Notes under the pieces: generated by a model
Seen by the model: only the letters and a program-made list of their open reading frames with translations
Told to the model about the DNA's origin: nothing
The model's database searches: none
Program-made: the position numbers and the translations under genes
Part shown: positions 53,644 through 61,573 of the stretch, in pieces
Position numbering within the stretch: the first letter of the stretch is position 1
How the letters are laid out: every line of letters starts with the position of its first letter
Virus record (IMG/VR): IMGVR_UViG_2778261122_000001
Location: 1-61,573 of that record
Direction: 5' to 3' (one strand)
DNA: 61,573 nucleotides
DNA from: a virus
Lineage: Duplodnaviria > Heunggongvirae > Uroviricota > Caudoviricetes

Positions 53644-54065
53644 TTTCCGAACAGAGTGCTCATCGGTGATGTTTCAATCTGGATTGCGCCGCCGTCTTTG
53701 CCGACAAGCTCGTTAGTTACCTTGTCGCCATACTTACGGGGATTCATTCGGGCCAACGCCCATTTGCGGGTATCAACGCGAAGTCTTGCCTTTGCCACCT
53801 CAGCAGCATCTGGAATCGCAGTGTCAGCAATTTCGAATATCTCTTCGAAAATAGAATCAGCTCGCGCCTCAGTTGCCTTCGCGTACTTGTCTCTAAATTC
53901 TTCATGCTCTGACAGCCAGCGAAATACAGTAGCCTTTGCTGGCATGCCTGGGCGCTTGCAAACCTTAACCAGACTTTCCCCGGAGGCAAGCAGCGCACAG
54001 ATATCATCAGCCACCTCCGGCAGGTAATCCGAAGGGCGACCGACATTCTTTTTCTCAGTCGCCAT
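53640..54065 (-). CDS. Terminase small subunit
   Basis: 141 aa, N-terminal HTH-like; 4-nt overlap with TerL. Confidence 0.75.
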   Translation of the reverse strand: MATEKKNVGRPSDYLPEVADDICALLASGESLVKVCKRPGMPAKATVFRWLSEHEEFRDKYAKATEARADSIFEEIFEIADTAIPDAAEVAKARLRVDTRKWALARMNPRKYGDKVTNELVGKDGGAIQIETSPMSTLFGK

Positions 54066-54144
54066 ATTGATTATTTCCCTTCTGCTTGCTTATCCCATTC
54101 ATCGCGGAATTTGGATGGGTTGTCGAAACCTTGAGTTGCCATGT

Positions 54145-54387
54145 TTACGCTCCGGTGGTGAACAGGTCTAACGCTTCCTTCGATTTACGCACCGCTTCGA
54201 TAGTGCGGGTCGTGATATCTGAATTAGCGCCGCCTGACTGGAAGTGAATTTTAAATAGCTCAAGCTTCAGCTCGTCAGTACCAATGAATTGAAATGCTTC
54301 TTCTGCGGCTGCGTTCTGGTTCATGACCAGTTTGTAAATCTCTAACTGGAATTTCTGTTCTTCAGTCATGGGAATAATCTCTGCCAT
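54145..54387 (-). CDS. Hypothetical small protein upstream of terS
   Basis: 80-aa ORF. Confidence 0.4.
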   Translation of the reverse strand: MAEIIPMTEEQKFQLEIYKLVMNQNAAAEEAFQFIGTDELKLELFKIHFQSGGANSDITTRTIEAVRKSKEALDLFTTGA

Positions 54388-54549
54388 TGTTGGCTCCGTT
54401 TATCCGTTAAAAGGGATATCAGTTAAGTTATCCCGTGCAGGGTATAAGCCATTATCAAGCCCACCCGTAGATAGGCTTTGTAATGGATAGCCGTTGCTCA
54501 GTTCTAGTAATGCTTTGATTTTTTCGATAACGCAGTTTTGCGTTTGCCA

Positions 54550-55071
54550 TCAGCACGCGATATCGAGAGTCAACTGCAGTTGCTCACGCCAGTACTCGAC
54601 ATTTGCTTCAATAACCGGCTTATCCCATCGCCAGCGAGCCATCTCTCTTGCCCCATTGCTGGCTTTTGATTTCCGGTCATCGCGAATGCGACATGCTTGC
54701 TCATATTTCTGCTGCTCAGTCAGTTCACCGCGAAGCAGACTATCAATGTGCAGGTCGCACCATACGGAGAATTTCGGATCGCACCATCTTGCAAAGGCAA
54801 CTGATAACTTTGGATGCAGCCATGTTCCGCCGCCCCTGTCCTTTCGTGCCTTGCTTGTTTTTACATACCCGGAATCACGGGTATGTAGAATTTTCGATGG
54901 TTCACCTGAATAAACCTCATCCAGAGCTCTAACGTATTCGAGAGTTTCAGCGTTGGACAACCAGTGATCCAGACGCTTCCCGAAACGTTTTGCAATATCA
55001 GTGGCATTAATCCAGCCATCAGTATTGAAGCGGATAGGTTCGCCTTTGTAATTTAGTGGAACGATATTCAT
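54550..55071 (-). CDS. KilA-N domain protein
   Basis: 173 aa; WINATDIAKRFGK...GGGTWLHPKLSVAFARW pattern. Confidence 0.65.
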   Translation of the reverse strand: MNIVPLNYKGEPIRFNTDGWINATDIAKRFGKRLDHWLSNAETLEYVRALDEVYSGEPSKILHTRDSGYVKTSKARKDRGGGTWLHPKLSVAFARWCDPKFSVWCDLHIDSLLRGELTEQQKYEQACRIRDDRKSKASNGAREMARWRWDKPVIEANVEYWREQLQLTLDIAC

Positions 55072-55415
55072 AGCGTCTTACCTTTTAGAAAGATGAGCCT
55101 GTTCGCACAGAAAAGCCGCCCCGAGATGGTCGCCACCATATACGGCAGTTCTCAGGCTCAGCTTTCTGAAAGACTCGGGATTGTTACGCGCTGCGATGCG
55201 CGGTTTACTGCAGATGTAAAAAAGCCCCGCTACTGCGAGGCTAAATCCTGGTGTTTGTGATGACTGGCCCTTATCTCAACGCAGCCCCTTACCGCGCGCC
55301 AGATGCTCAATATCAAGCATCAGCAATGAGATGTTTAATCTGGATTCACTCCAGAAGTGATCACCACCCTGTCTACAGAGCCAGATGTGAAGGATGATGA
55401 GTAAAATTATCGCTA

Positions 55416-55895
55416 TCATCGAAGGCATTGCGTCCCGATGTATTCCTGAAGCGTTCTCAGTGCTGTTTGGTCGCGGATAATTCCGTCCCGGATACCGAGA
55501 ACGTTTCGTCCAGCAACTGGAGAGAGTTCGACGGTGGCATCATTGCCCATGCCGGAGGCGCTGGAGGTTTCGGCTGAGGATGGCACAGGGCATTTTCCTT
55601 TGACGAGCACCCTGCCACCATTATCAAGCTTGCGCCGAAGAGCATCATTTTCAGCTTTCGCATCAGCTAACTCCTTCGTGTATTTAGCATCGAGTGCATC
55701 AGCAGAACGCTGGCGCTGCTGCATGTCAGTAATGGTGGCGGTCGCCTGCTTCAGCTCACTGACTTTTTTATCTCGCTGTTCTTTATAGGTAATGGCGTTA
55801 TCACGGTAATGATTAACAGCCCATGACAGGCAGACGATGACGCAGATAATCAGAGCGGAAATAATCGCGGTTAACCTGCTCATTGCTGCCCCCAC
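55416..55895 (-). CDS. Rz: Spanin inner-membrane subunit Rz
   Basis: N-terminal ~80 aa almost identical to prophage A Rz; C-terminus differs. Confidence 0.85.
   Translation of the reverse strand: MGAAMSRLTAIISALIICVIVCLSWAVNHYRDNAITYKEQRDKKVSELKQATATITDMQQRQRSADALDAKYTKELADAKAENDALRRKLDNGGRVLVKGKCPVPSSAETSSASGMGNDATVELSPVAGRNVLGIRDGIIRDQTALRTLQEYIGTQCLR
55457..55663 (-). CDS. Rz1: Spanin outer-membrane lipoprotein Rz1 (embedded)
   Basis: MRKLKMML...AGCSS lipobox, proline-rich. Confidence 0.75.
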   Translation of the reverse strand: MRKLKMMLFGASLIMVAGCSSKENALCHPQPKPPAPPAWAMMPPSNSLQLLDETFSVSGTELSATKQH

Positions 55896-56377
55896 AAACA
55901 GACTTCACGCTCAATATCACGACGGGTCATCAGCCCTTTCCATTGCTTACCGCCAGCGTATGTCCAGCGACGTAGCTGGTCACATGCGCCTTTGATATCG
56001 CCCTGGTTTATTTTGCGAAGAAGCGTCGATGTTCTGAAATTGCCTGCACCCACGTTGTAAACGAACGAGTAAAGAGCGCCGCGCGTTGTTTCCGGTATAT
56101 CGACTTTGATGTACGGGTTAATTTGTCTGGCGACCGTGGCAAGGTCTTTATTCAGGAGGGCTTTGCATTCTGCTTCGGTATACGTTTTACCGGGAATGAT
56201 GTCTTTTCCTGTATGCCCGTAACATACAGTCCATACACCAACTATGTCTTTGTAAGGATTATGTCTCACACCTTCCAGACCATCGTTACCACTTGGGCCA
56301 GTGATTAACACAGATGCTATGGCAATAGCCCCGCCACCAATAGCAGCAGCAACGGCTTTTCGTAATGATGGAGGCAT
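55880..56377 (-). CDS. R: SAR-endolysin (phage 21 R / RrrD type lysozyme)
   Basis: 165 aa; matches remembered E. coli RrrD/R21. Confidence 0.85.
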   Translation of the reverse strand: MPPSLRKAVAAAIGGGAIAIASVLITGPSGNDGLEGVRHNPYKDIVGVWTVCYGHTGKDIIPGKTYTEAECKALLNKDLATVARQINPYIKVDIPETTRGALYSFVYNVGAGNFRTSTLLRKINQGDIKGACDQLRRWTYAGGKQWKGLMTRRDIEREVCLWGQQ

Positions 56378-56592
56378 TATTCACCTCTCGCAGCCTTTCG
56401 TCTGTCTTCTCTGATTTTGAAATACAGATTTGTCAGATAAGTGAGAAAACCCAACACAAGGCTTCCAAGCACTCCAATCGCAGCCCACTGTGACGGACTG
56501 ACCTGATCCAACCACTGCAAAAACCAGTATCCTGCACTACCAGCAGATGTTCCGTAGGCAATGCCAGTTGAGATTTTGTCCATTGATTTCAT
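56377..56592 (-). CDS. S: Pinholin S (phage 21 S21 type)
   Basis: 71 aa, close to remembered S21. Confidence 0.85.
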   Translation of the reverse strand: MKSMDKISTGIAYGTSAGSAGYWFLQWLDQVSPSQWAAIGVLGSLVLGFLTYLTNLYFKIREDRRKAARGE

Positions 56593-56862
56593 AGCAACGC
56601 CTCCGCCAGTAACGGATTGCGTAGTTCTTATATTGGGAAGGGGAAAAAAGAAGGCCGCAGCGTAACTATCACTGATGAATTCAGGATAGCCAGTGGCTAC
56701 GGCTCAGTTTTGGTTGTGCTGTTGCTGGGCGGCGATGACGCCTGTACGCATTTGGTGATCCGGTTCTGCTTCCGGCATTCGCTTAATTCAGCACAACGGA
56801 AAGAGCACTCGTGCATTTAAGCCAAGCCCCATAAGGGAGAATGCTCTTACCTGTTACACAGA

Positions 56863-56924
56863 TATAAAAAATCCCGAAACCGTTATGCAGGCTCTAACTA
56901 TTACCTGCGAACTGTTTCGGGATT
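56863..56924 (-). terminator. tR'-like terminator at the end of a lambda-type 6S leader
   Basis: Minus strand AATCCCGAAAC...GTTTCGGGATT hairpin followed by TTTTTTAT, as in the remembered lambda 6S RNA 3' end. Confidence 0.7.
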
Positions 56925-57054
56925 GCATTTTGCAGACCTCTCAGCCTGCGATGGTTGGAGTTCCAGACGATGCGTCGAAGTGACCAACTAGGCGGAATCG
57001 GTAGTAAGCGCCGCCTCTTTTTATCTTACTACCACAACGAGCGAATTAACCCAT

Positions 57055-57546
57055 CTATCCCATACTGGAGAATTCACCATGATATTTTATCCTGGCATTT
57101 TCCATTGCCTTTCTAGCCTCCTCGATATCGTCAAAACACCCTACATGAATCCTTTTACCATTAACTCTAATTCTTCCAACCCACTTGTTTGCAGCAGAAT
57201 TAAAAGTCACCCCCTTCACACCAGATGAATTGTTTTTCCTCATCTTGCTGTTCCATGAGTTTTGAGTGTTAGTAACAACACGAAGATTGGCTATCCGGTT
57301 ATCAGACCTATCACCATTAATATGGTCAATAACATCGGTTGGCCAATCATTGTAAACCATCAGCCATGCAATTCTATGGACATATAGCCGCATTCCATAA
57401 AGTTTTACCTGCAGATATCCATTTGTTTTATAGCCAACAACAGCGCCATAGATAAATCTAGAGGACCGAGGTGGATTCTTCCATGTAAGAATTCCAGTAT
57501 CTGGATTGTAATTAAAAAGTCTCAATGCATCTTCACGTTTTAACAT
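57055..57546 (-). CDS. HNH homing endonuclease with AP2-like C-terminal DNA-binding domain
   Basis: YVHRIAW...DHINGDRSDNRIANLR HNH motif; C-terminal GVTFNSAANKWVGRIRVNGKRIHVGCF AP2-like. Confidence 0.8.
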   Translation of the reverse strand: MLKREDALRLFNYNPDTGILTWKNPPRSSRFIYGAVVGYKTNGYLQVKLYGMRLYVHRIAWLMVYNDWPTDVIDHINGDRSDNRIANLRVVTNTQNSWNSKMRKNNSSGVKGVTFNSAANKWVGRIRVNGKRIHVGCFDDIEEARKAMENARIKYHGEFSSMG

Positions 57547-57739
57547 AGGCGAACCACATAGATATTAGAGCCTGCTGACATAGAAATATCACCACGAGAG
57601 AAGTCGCCAAAAGCGATATTTCTCAGGCTCTATTCCTATGTGCTCTCGAGTTTATGATGCGCATGTCAGTGCGCTTAGAACTTAAAGATGAGGTGGGTAA
57701 AAGCTGAAAGAATGTGAACGGATATAAATCTGCCATTCT

Positions 57740-57780
57740 TGGGTCAAATTTACCCAACTTTATTCAAAAAGTCAATATCA
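57740..57780 (-). promoter_or_regulatory. Late promoter pR' with Q-utilisation region (lambda type)
   Basis: Minus strand TTGACTTTTTGAATAAAGTTGGGTAAATTTGACCCAAGAATGG closely matches remembered lambda pR'. Confidence 0.65.
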
Positions 57781-57817
57781 TGCCGTCAATATGTTGCCAT
57801 CCGTGGCAATCATGCTG

Positions 57818-58441
57818 CTAACGTGTGACTGCATTCAAAATATTGTCTGCAATTGACTCTTCCTTGTGGCATTGCACCACCAGAGCGTCATACAGCGGCT
57901 TAACAGTGCGTGACCAGGTGGGTTGGGTAAGGTTTGGGATTAGCATCGTTACAGCGCGATATGCGGCGCTTGCTGGCATTCTTGAATAGCCGACACCTTT
58001 GCATCTTCCGCACTCTTTCTCAACAACTCTCCCCCACTGCTCTGTTTTGGCTATATCAACCGCACGGCCTGTACCGTGGCAATCTCTGCATCTTGCGCCC
58101 GGCGTCGCGGCACTACGGCAATAATCCGCATAAGCGAATGTTGCGAGCACTTGCAGTACCTTTGCCTTAGTATTTCCTTCAAGCTTTGCCACACCACGGT
58201 ATTTCCCCGATACATTGTGTGCAAATTGCATCAGATAGTTGATAGCCTTTTGTTTGTCGTTCTGGCTGAGTTCGTGCTTACCACAGAATGCAGCCATTCC
58301 GAATCCGGCTTGTGATTGCGCCATCCCCATAGCAGCCATCACATCAGTACCGGAAAGAGAGTCAGAAGCCGTAGCCCGTGGTGAGTCGCTCATCATCGGG
58401 CTTTTTGGCGAGTGAAATTTAGCTACGCTTTCGAGTCTCAT
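57818..58441 (-). CDS. Q: Late antiterminator Q (lambda type)
   Basis: 207 aa, near-identical to remembered lambda Q. Confidence 0.9.
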   Translation of the reverse strand: MRLESVAKFHSPKSPMMSDSPRATASDSLSGTDVMAAMGMAQSQAGFGMAAFCGKHELSQNDKQKAINYLMQFAHNVSGKYRGVAKLEGNTKAKVLQVLATFAYADYCRSAATPGARCRDCHGTGRAVDIAKTEQWGRVVEKECGRCKGVGYSRMPASAAYRAVTMLIPNLTQPTWSRTVKPLYDALVVQCHKEESIADNILNAVTR

Positions 58442-58626
58442 CGTCTTCCCTTTTTGCCTGGCGTGACCATCAGGACGCCGTTAACTATTACGTGACGCTC
58501 GCCTTTGCTGTCTCGGTTGTACTTGAGCACTGTTCCTCTTGCGCAGGAAAGCATCCTCGCCACTTCGGTCTGATTGCCTCGTGTCTGGATAAGAAGCTCT
58601 GGTATCGTTTGAATTGTGGCGTTCAT
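58438..58626 (-). CDS. NinH-like small DNA-binding protein
   Basis: 62 aa; GNQTEVARMLSCARGTVLKY resembles lambda NinH. Confidence 0.6.
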   Translation of the reverse strand: MNATIQTIPELLIQTRGNQTEVARMLSCARGTVLKYNRDSKGERHVIVNGVLMVTPGKKGRR

Positions 58627-58985
58627 ACGTTCTCCAGTTCGGTGATTTTTATTCCAAGCCTTCCGCCTGGTACTTTCACGCCACGAATTACGCGAATGTC
58701 ATCGAATTGCTCGTCGTCTTCCGCAAATCCGGCGTGGATAAGGGAGTCGAGTAAACCCTTCAGGATGTTATCGAGGTCGCGGCGGCGGGAGTCTGGAACG
58801 TCTGCGATGACTTTGATGCGGAGTCGTGATTTGGTGAAAATGTCTAACTTAAGTTGGCGGATGATTTGCTGAACATCTTTTCGGTATTTCTGGCCTTTAT
58901 CGCTGATGTAGTATTGACTTCCCCTTCTTCGCCAGTAGGTATTCAGCGACGGTGGGTATGGAAGCACAAACTGATATTCGTTCAT
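58623..58985 (-). CDS. rusA: RusA-family Holliday junction resolvase
   Basis: 120 aa with RRRDLDN motif. Confidence 0.8.
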   Translation of the reverse strand: MNEYQFVLPYPPSLNTYWRRRGSQYYISDKGQKYRKDVQQIIRQLKLDIFTKSRLRIKVIADVPDSRRRDLDNILKGLLDSLIHAGFAEDDEQFDDIRVIRGVKVPGGRLGIKITELENV

Positions 58986-59272
58986 GGCTTAATCTTCCCC
59001 TCCTTCAGCAGTATCGCCTGCGTCCTGATCACGCCTTCGAGGTGGTAAAGTCTGGCGTCTTTGTTGTCGAGATTATGGGTGCGTCGGTCGATTTCATCGT
59101 GACACGCGCTACAAGCCCATGCGCCGATCAGGTCGTCAGGCTTCATCCCCGTTCCACAAATTCCAGCCATTCTGTAATGTGCCAGAACTGTAGTTTCAGG
59201 ATTTCCATTACATACGCCGTAAATACGTACCTGGCATTCTCTGCCGCGCGCTTCTTTGCGTAGGTTAGCCAT
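58982..59272 (-). CDS. nin-region Cys-rich protein (YbcO-like)
   Basis: 96 aa with CxxRxxGVC...CSACH pattern. Confidence 0.55.
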   Translation of the reverse strand: MANLRKEARGRECQVRIYGVCNGNPETTVLAHYRMAGICGTGMKPDDLIGAWACSACHDEIDRRTHNLDNKDARLYHLEGVIRTQAILLKEGKIKP

Positions 59273-59477
59273 TTACCTTCCCTCGCAATTGAAGAATTGA
59301 CTGAAGGTCTTTTTTAATAAATATGCGAGTGCGAATTGAGCAGTAGTTTTCCTTCATTCTGGCGTAGTAATAGTCCTTTCGTTGTTTAAGCTTGTTGGCA
59401 TCCGCTGTCATCCAGTCTTTTACAGCAAACTTAATTAACCAGCGGTGGCAGAGATACCATTTCAGGTAATCACTCAT
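59265..59477 (-). CDS. Hypothetical nin-region protein
   Basis: 70-aa ORF. Confidence 0.35.
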   Translation of the reverse strand: MSDYLKWYLCHRWLIKFAVKDWMTADANKLKQRKDYYYARMKENYCSIRTRIFIKKDLQSILQLRGKVNG

Positions 59478-59646
59478 CGTCTTCTTCCTCGTACATTGAG
59501 CTATTCGGATCGCTCATCAGTTCTGCGCAGCAGTGCTCACACACGTGAACTTCCAGCACATGCAGCTTCTGACCGCAGTTAGCGCACGTTAAAGCTCGCT
59601 CGACGCTTTCTTTCTGGTATTGAAGGGATTGGGATGGGCTAAGCAT
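59470..59646 (-). CDS. ninF: NinF-like protein (coordinates approximate)
   Basis: Hand translation [46 protein letters not shown] matches remembered lambda NinF; below ORF-track cutoff. Confidence 0.55.
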   Translation of the reverse strand: MLSPSQSLQYQKESVERALTCANCGQKLHVLEVHVCEHCCAELMSDPNSSMYEEEDDE

Positions 59647-60047
59647 TATTGGATTCTCTGCATCATGAGAAAGACAATCATGGCGGCGCGGAGGGGATTT
59701 TCATGTATAGCTCGCTTAGATTTACAGTAGGCCACACCGCGTGCCCCCCACTCGTCTTCATCGAGATTGATAATGCTAATCCTGTATTTTTCAATAATCG
59801 GCCATGCGTCTGCTGGGTTTGCGCATGGGTTAAAGGATCCGCGCTCAACTTCTACTTCAACTGCGTCTCCGTTTACAATGTCTCCCTCAAATGAGACAAA
59901 CACCATATCGCCATTCTCACCTTCTTTGTAATCCGGTGATCCGTTATGAATGGCTTCGAATACCGCCACGTTAATTTCAAAATCACTTAACTGTGAATAA
60001 TCCATTGTCATTTCCTCGCACGATGTCTTAGCCACCGGATATCCCAC
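59646..60047 (-). CDS. Hypothetical nin-region protein (true start probably internal MTMDY near 60005)
   Basis: 133-aa ORF; TAATG overlap with NinF-like start. Confidence 0.45.
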   Translation of the reverse strand: MGYPVAKTSCEEMTMDYSQLSDFEINVAVFEAIHNGSPDYKEGENGDMVFVSFEGDIVNGDAVEVEVERGSFNPCANPADAWPIIEKYRISIINLDEDEWGARGVAYCKSKRAIHENPLRAAMIVFLMMQRIQ

Positions 60048-60184
60048 AGGTGAGCCGTGTAGTTGAAGGTTTTTACGTCAGATTCTTTTGGGATTGGCTT
60101 GGGTTTATTTCTGGTGCGTTTCGTTGGAAGGTATTTGCAGTTTTCGCAGATGATGTCGGTGATACTTCGTCGCTGTCGTCTCAT
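60008..60184 (-). CDS. ninE: NinE-like protein (coordinates approximate to within a few nt)
   Basis: Hand translation [34 protein letters not shown] matches remembered lambda NinE; below ORF-track cutoff. Confidence 0.5.
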   Translation of the reverse strand: MRRQRRSITDIICENCKYLPTKRTRNKPKPIPKESDVKTFNYTAHLWDIRWLRHRARK

Positions 60185-60591
60185 TCGTACCTCCTGTCGG
60201 TAAACCTGACACCCTGACCAATAGCCCAGGCTGTTGTGTACTCGATCAGACTTGCCATACGCTTCACGCTCATCTGCGCGCTGCTTTCGCGAATGTTGAC
60301 GAATTCGCCTTCAAGGCCGCGCAAAACATCAGCTTCCTGTTTTGTTGCCACTGCATGACCGCTAATCAACAAAACCTTCCATTGTTCTGGTTTTAACCAT
60401 TTGCCGCACCATTGAACCTGACGAGCGATATCCGCCAGCATCGCGTGAAATTTTGCGTTCTGGTCAAGGTTGCGCTTGTAGTCAGTAATGCGGATGGTAA
60501 CTGGCTTGTCTTTATCGAGTGGTGTTGCGAGGATGGCGTTGATTGCGGCTTGCTGTTGTTGCTTACTTCGGAGGAAGATTGTTTGCTTCAT
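60181..60591 (-). CDS. ninB: NinB recombination protein
   Basis: 136 aa, NinB-like pattern and position. Confidence 0.7.
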   Translation of the reverse strand: MKQTIFLRSKQQQQAAINAILATPLDKDKPVTIRITDYKRNLDQNAKFHAMLADIARQVQWCGKWLKPEQWKVLLISGHAVATKQEADVLRGLEGEFVNIRESSAQMSVKRMASLIEYTTAWAIGQGVRFTDRRYE

Positions 60592-60593
60592 CG

Positions 60594-60860
60594 TTACTCC
60601 TTCACTTTGACTCCAGCGGCGCTTAGCTCTTTTCTCATGTCATCTCTGCGGTGGTAAGTCCCGCCAGAAGCGTCTATTCCATGAGATGGCCATTTAATTT
60701 CGATAGCTGCGCGAGACTTAACCCATGACTGCCAAGCAATCATCTTGATGGCCTGAACGTGAAGTTCTTCGCTGTTGTTAATAGACTCGAACTCTTCACC
60801 AAACCACTCCAAAAACTGCTTTCTTGATTCGTCCATATCAATCCCCGTTAGTCGTTTCAC
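60594..60860 (-). CDS. Hypothetical nin-region protein
   Basis: 88-aa ORF upstream of ninB. Confidence 0.35.
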   Translation of the reverse strand: MKRLTGIDMDESRKQFLEWFGEEFESINNSEELHVQAIKMIAWQSWVKSRAAIEIKWPSHGIDASGGTYHRRDDMRKELSAAGVKVKE

Positions 60861-61239
60861 TCACGAATATGACAAAACCAGCCATGTTAATTTGCATGAG
60901 TTTTTTCAACACTTTGTCTCGCCGGCTACGTTTTGGTTTTGGCCTGTGGTTGAATCTTTCACAAACTGGAAGGCTTGATGATTTCCAGTACCTATTACGC
61001 CTTGCTCCATCTTCCGCCATATCGGCATGAATAAGGTCTGCTAGTGTGCTCATATTCACCTCTCCAGTTACATTGGTTTTGTAATGTTGCTAGTCATCTT
61101 GCGAATAAAAAGATGCGTACGTAGCTTTGCTTCCCACATGTAAATCTCCTCAAGGCGAGATAAATCTACGAATACCGGACCTTTGTAATCTGGTCTTGAT
61201 GCCCTTATGTATGAGCTAATAGTTTGTGCATCTTGCTCG

Positions 61240-61443
61240 TCAAGATTCATGACTTCCCTCTCTAACAGATTTCAGGCTATTCCACTCCGTTACCGCACTG
61301 CGATAATTCGCGGCCGCCACAGCAGCGTGGTTAGCGCAGTAGATTTGGCACCCGTTCTCCATATCGAATATTGTCGGTGATTTTCCGCATTTACATTTTT
61401 TGGCACGCGGTGCGTCTGAACACATTCCGTTAACGGTGTCCAT
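61240..61443 (-). CDS. Hypothetical Cys-rich small protein
   Basis: 67 aa with CKCG...C...C pattern. Confidence 0.3.
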   Translation of the reverse strand: MDTVNGMCSDAPRAKKCKCGKSPTIFDMENGCQIYCANHAAVAAANYRSAVTEWNSLKSVREGSHES

Positions 61444-61573
61444 CAGGATCCCCCTCGTTCTTAATCCAATAAAAAAGGGCTACTGTGTAAATAGCCCCTG
61501 TTATTAGCTCAGTGATGTAGATGGTCATACGTCAGCCCCTTGTGCATATCGTCTGCCACGCGCAGCAGGTGCA

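Larger units (their letters stand above)
34393..61573. mobile_element. Prophage B, P22-like with lambda-type Q and nin genes; continues beyond the right window edge
   Basis: P22 gene order from tailspike back through structural genes, lysis cassette, Q and nin region. Confidence 0.8.

Overview
The window is almost entirely temperate-phage DNA: two co-oriented prophages in tandem (late genes on the minus strand), separated by a 47-nt partial tRNA-Thr 3' end (34346..34392). All identifications are from reading the sequence and ORF translations against remembered lambda, P22 and E. coli prophage proteins; no database search or folding program was run. Prophage A (1..34345) is lambda-like: a lambda-type tail and head gene set (J partial, I, K, L, M, H, T, G, V, U, Z, FII, FI, E, D, C/Nu3, B, W, A, Nu1), an internal cos site, bor, a pinholin/SAR-endolysin/Rz/Rz1 lysis cassette, a DNA methyltransferase, an AT-rich two-gene insertion downstream of a phage-82-type Q, a nin region, an iteron-containing replication gene, cro/cI, a short early-left operon, and xis plus a P22-type integrase next to the att core. 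Prophage B (34393..61573, continuing past the window) is P22-like: tailspike, ant-arc-mnt immunity region, ejection proteins, tail needle, coat, scaffold, portal, terminase, a second lysis cassette, a lambda-type Q and lambda-like nin genes. The best candidates for an undescribed system are a three-gene cluster of unrecognisable proteins at the sieA-equivalent position of prophage B (38579..40125), the AT-rich insertion downstream of Q in prophage A (21540..24093), and a hairpin-dense noncoding region with direct repeats in prophage A (31168..31746). Also notable are an HNH endonuclease gene inserted inside the late-transcript leader of prophage B, an apparent frameshift in FII, and a LexA DNA-binding domain without its peptidase domain.
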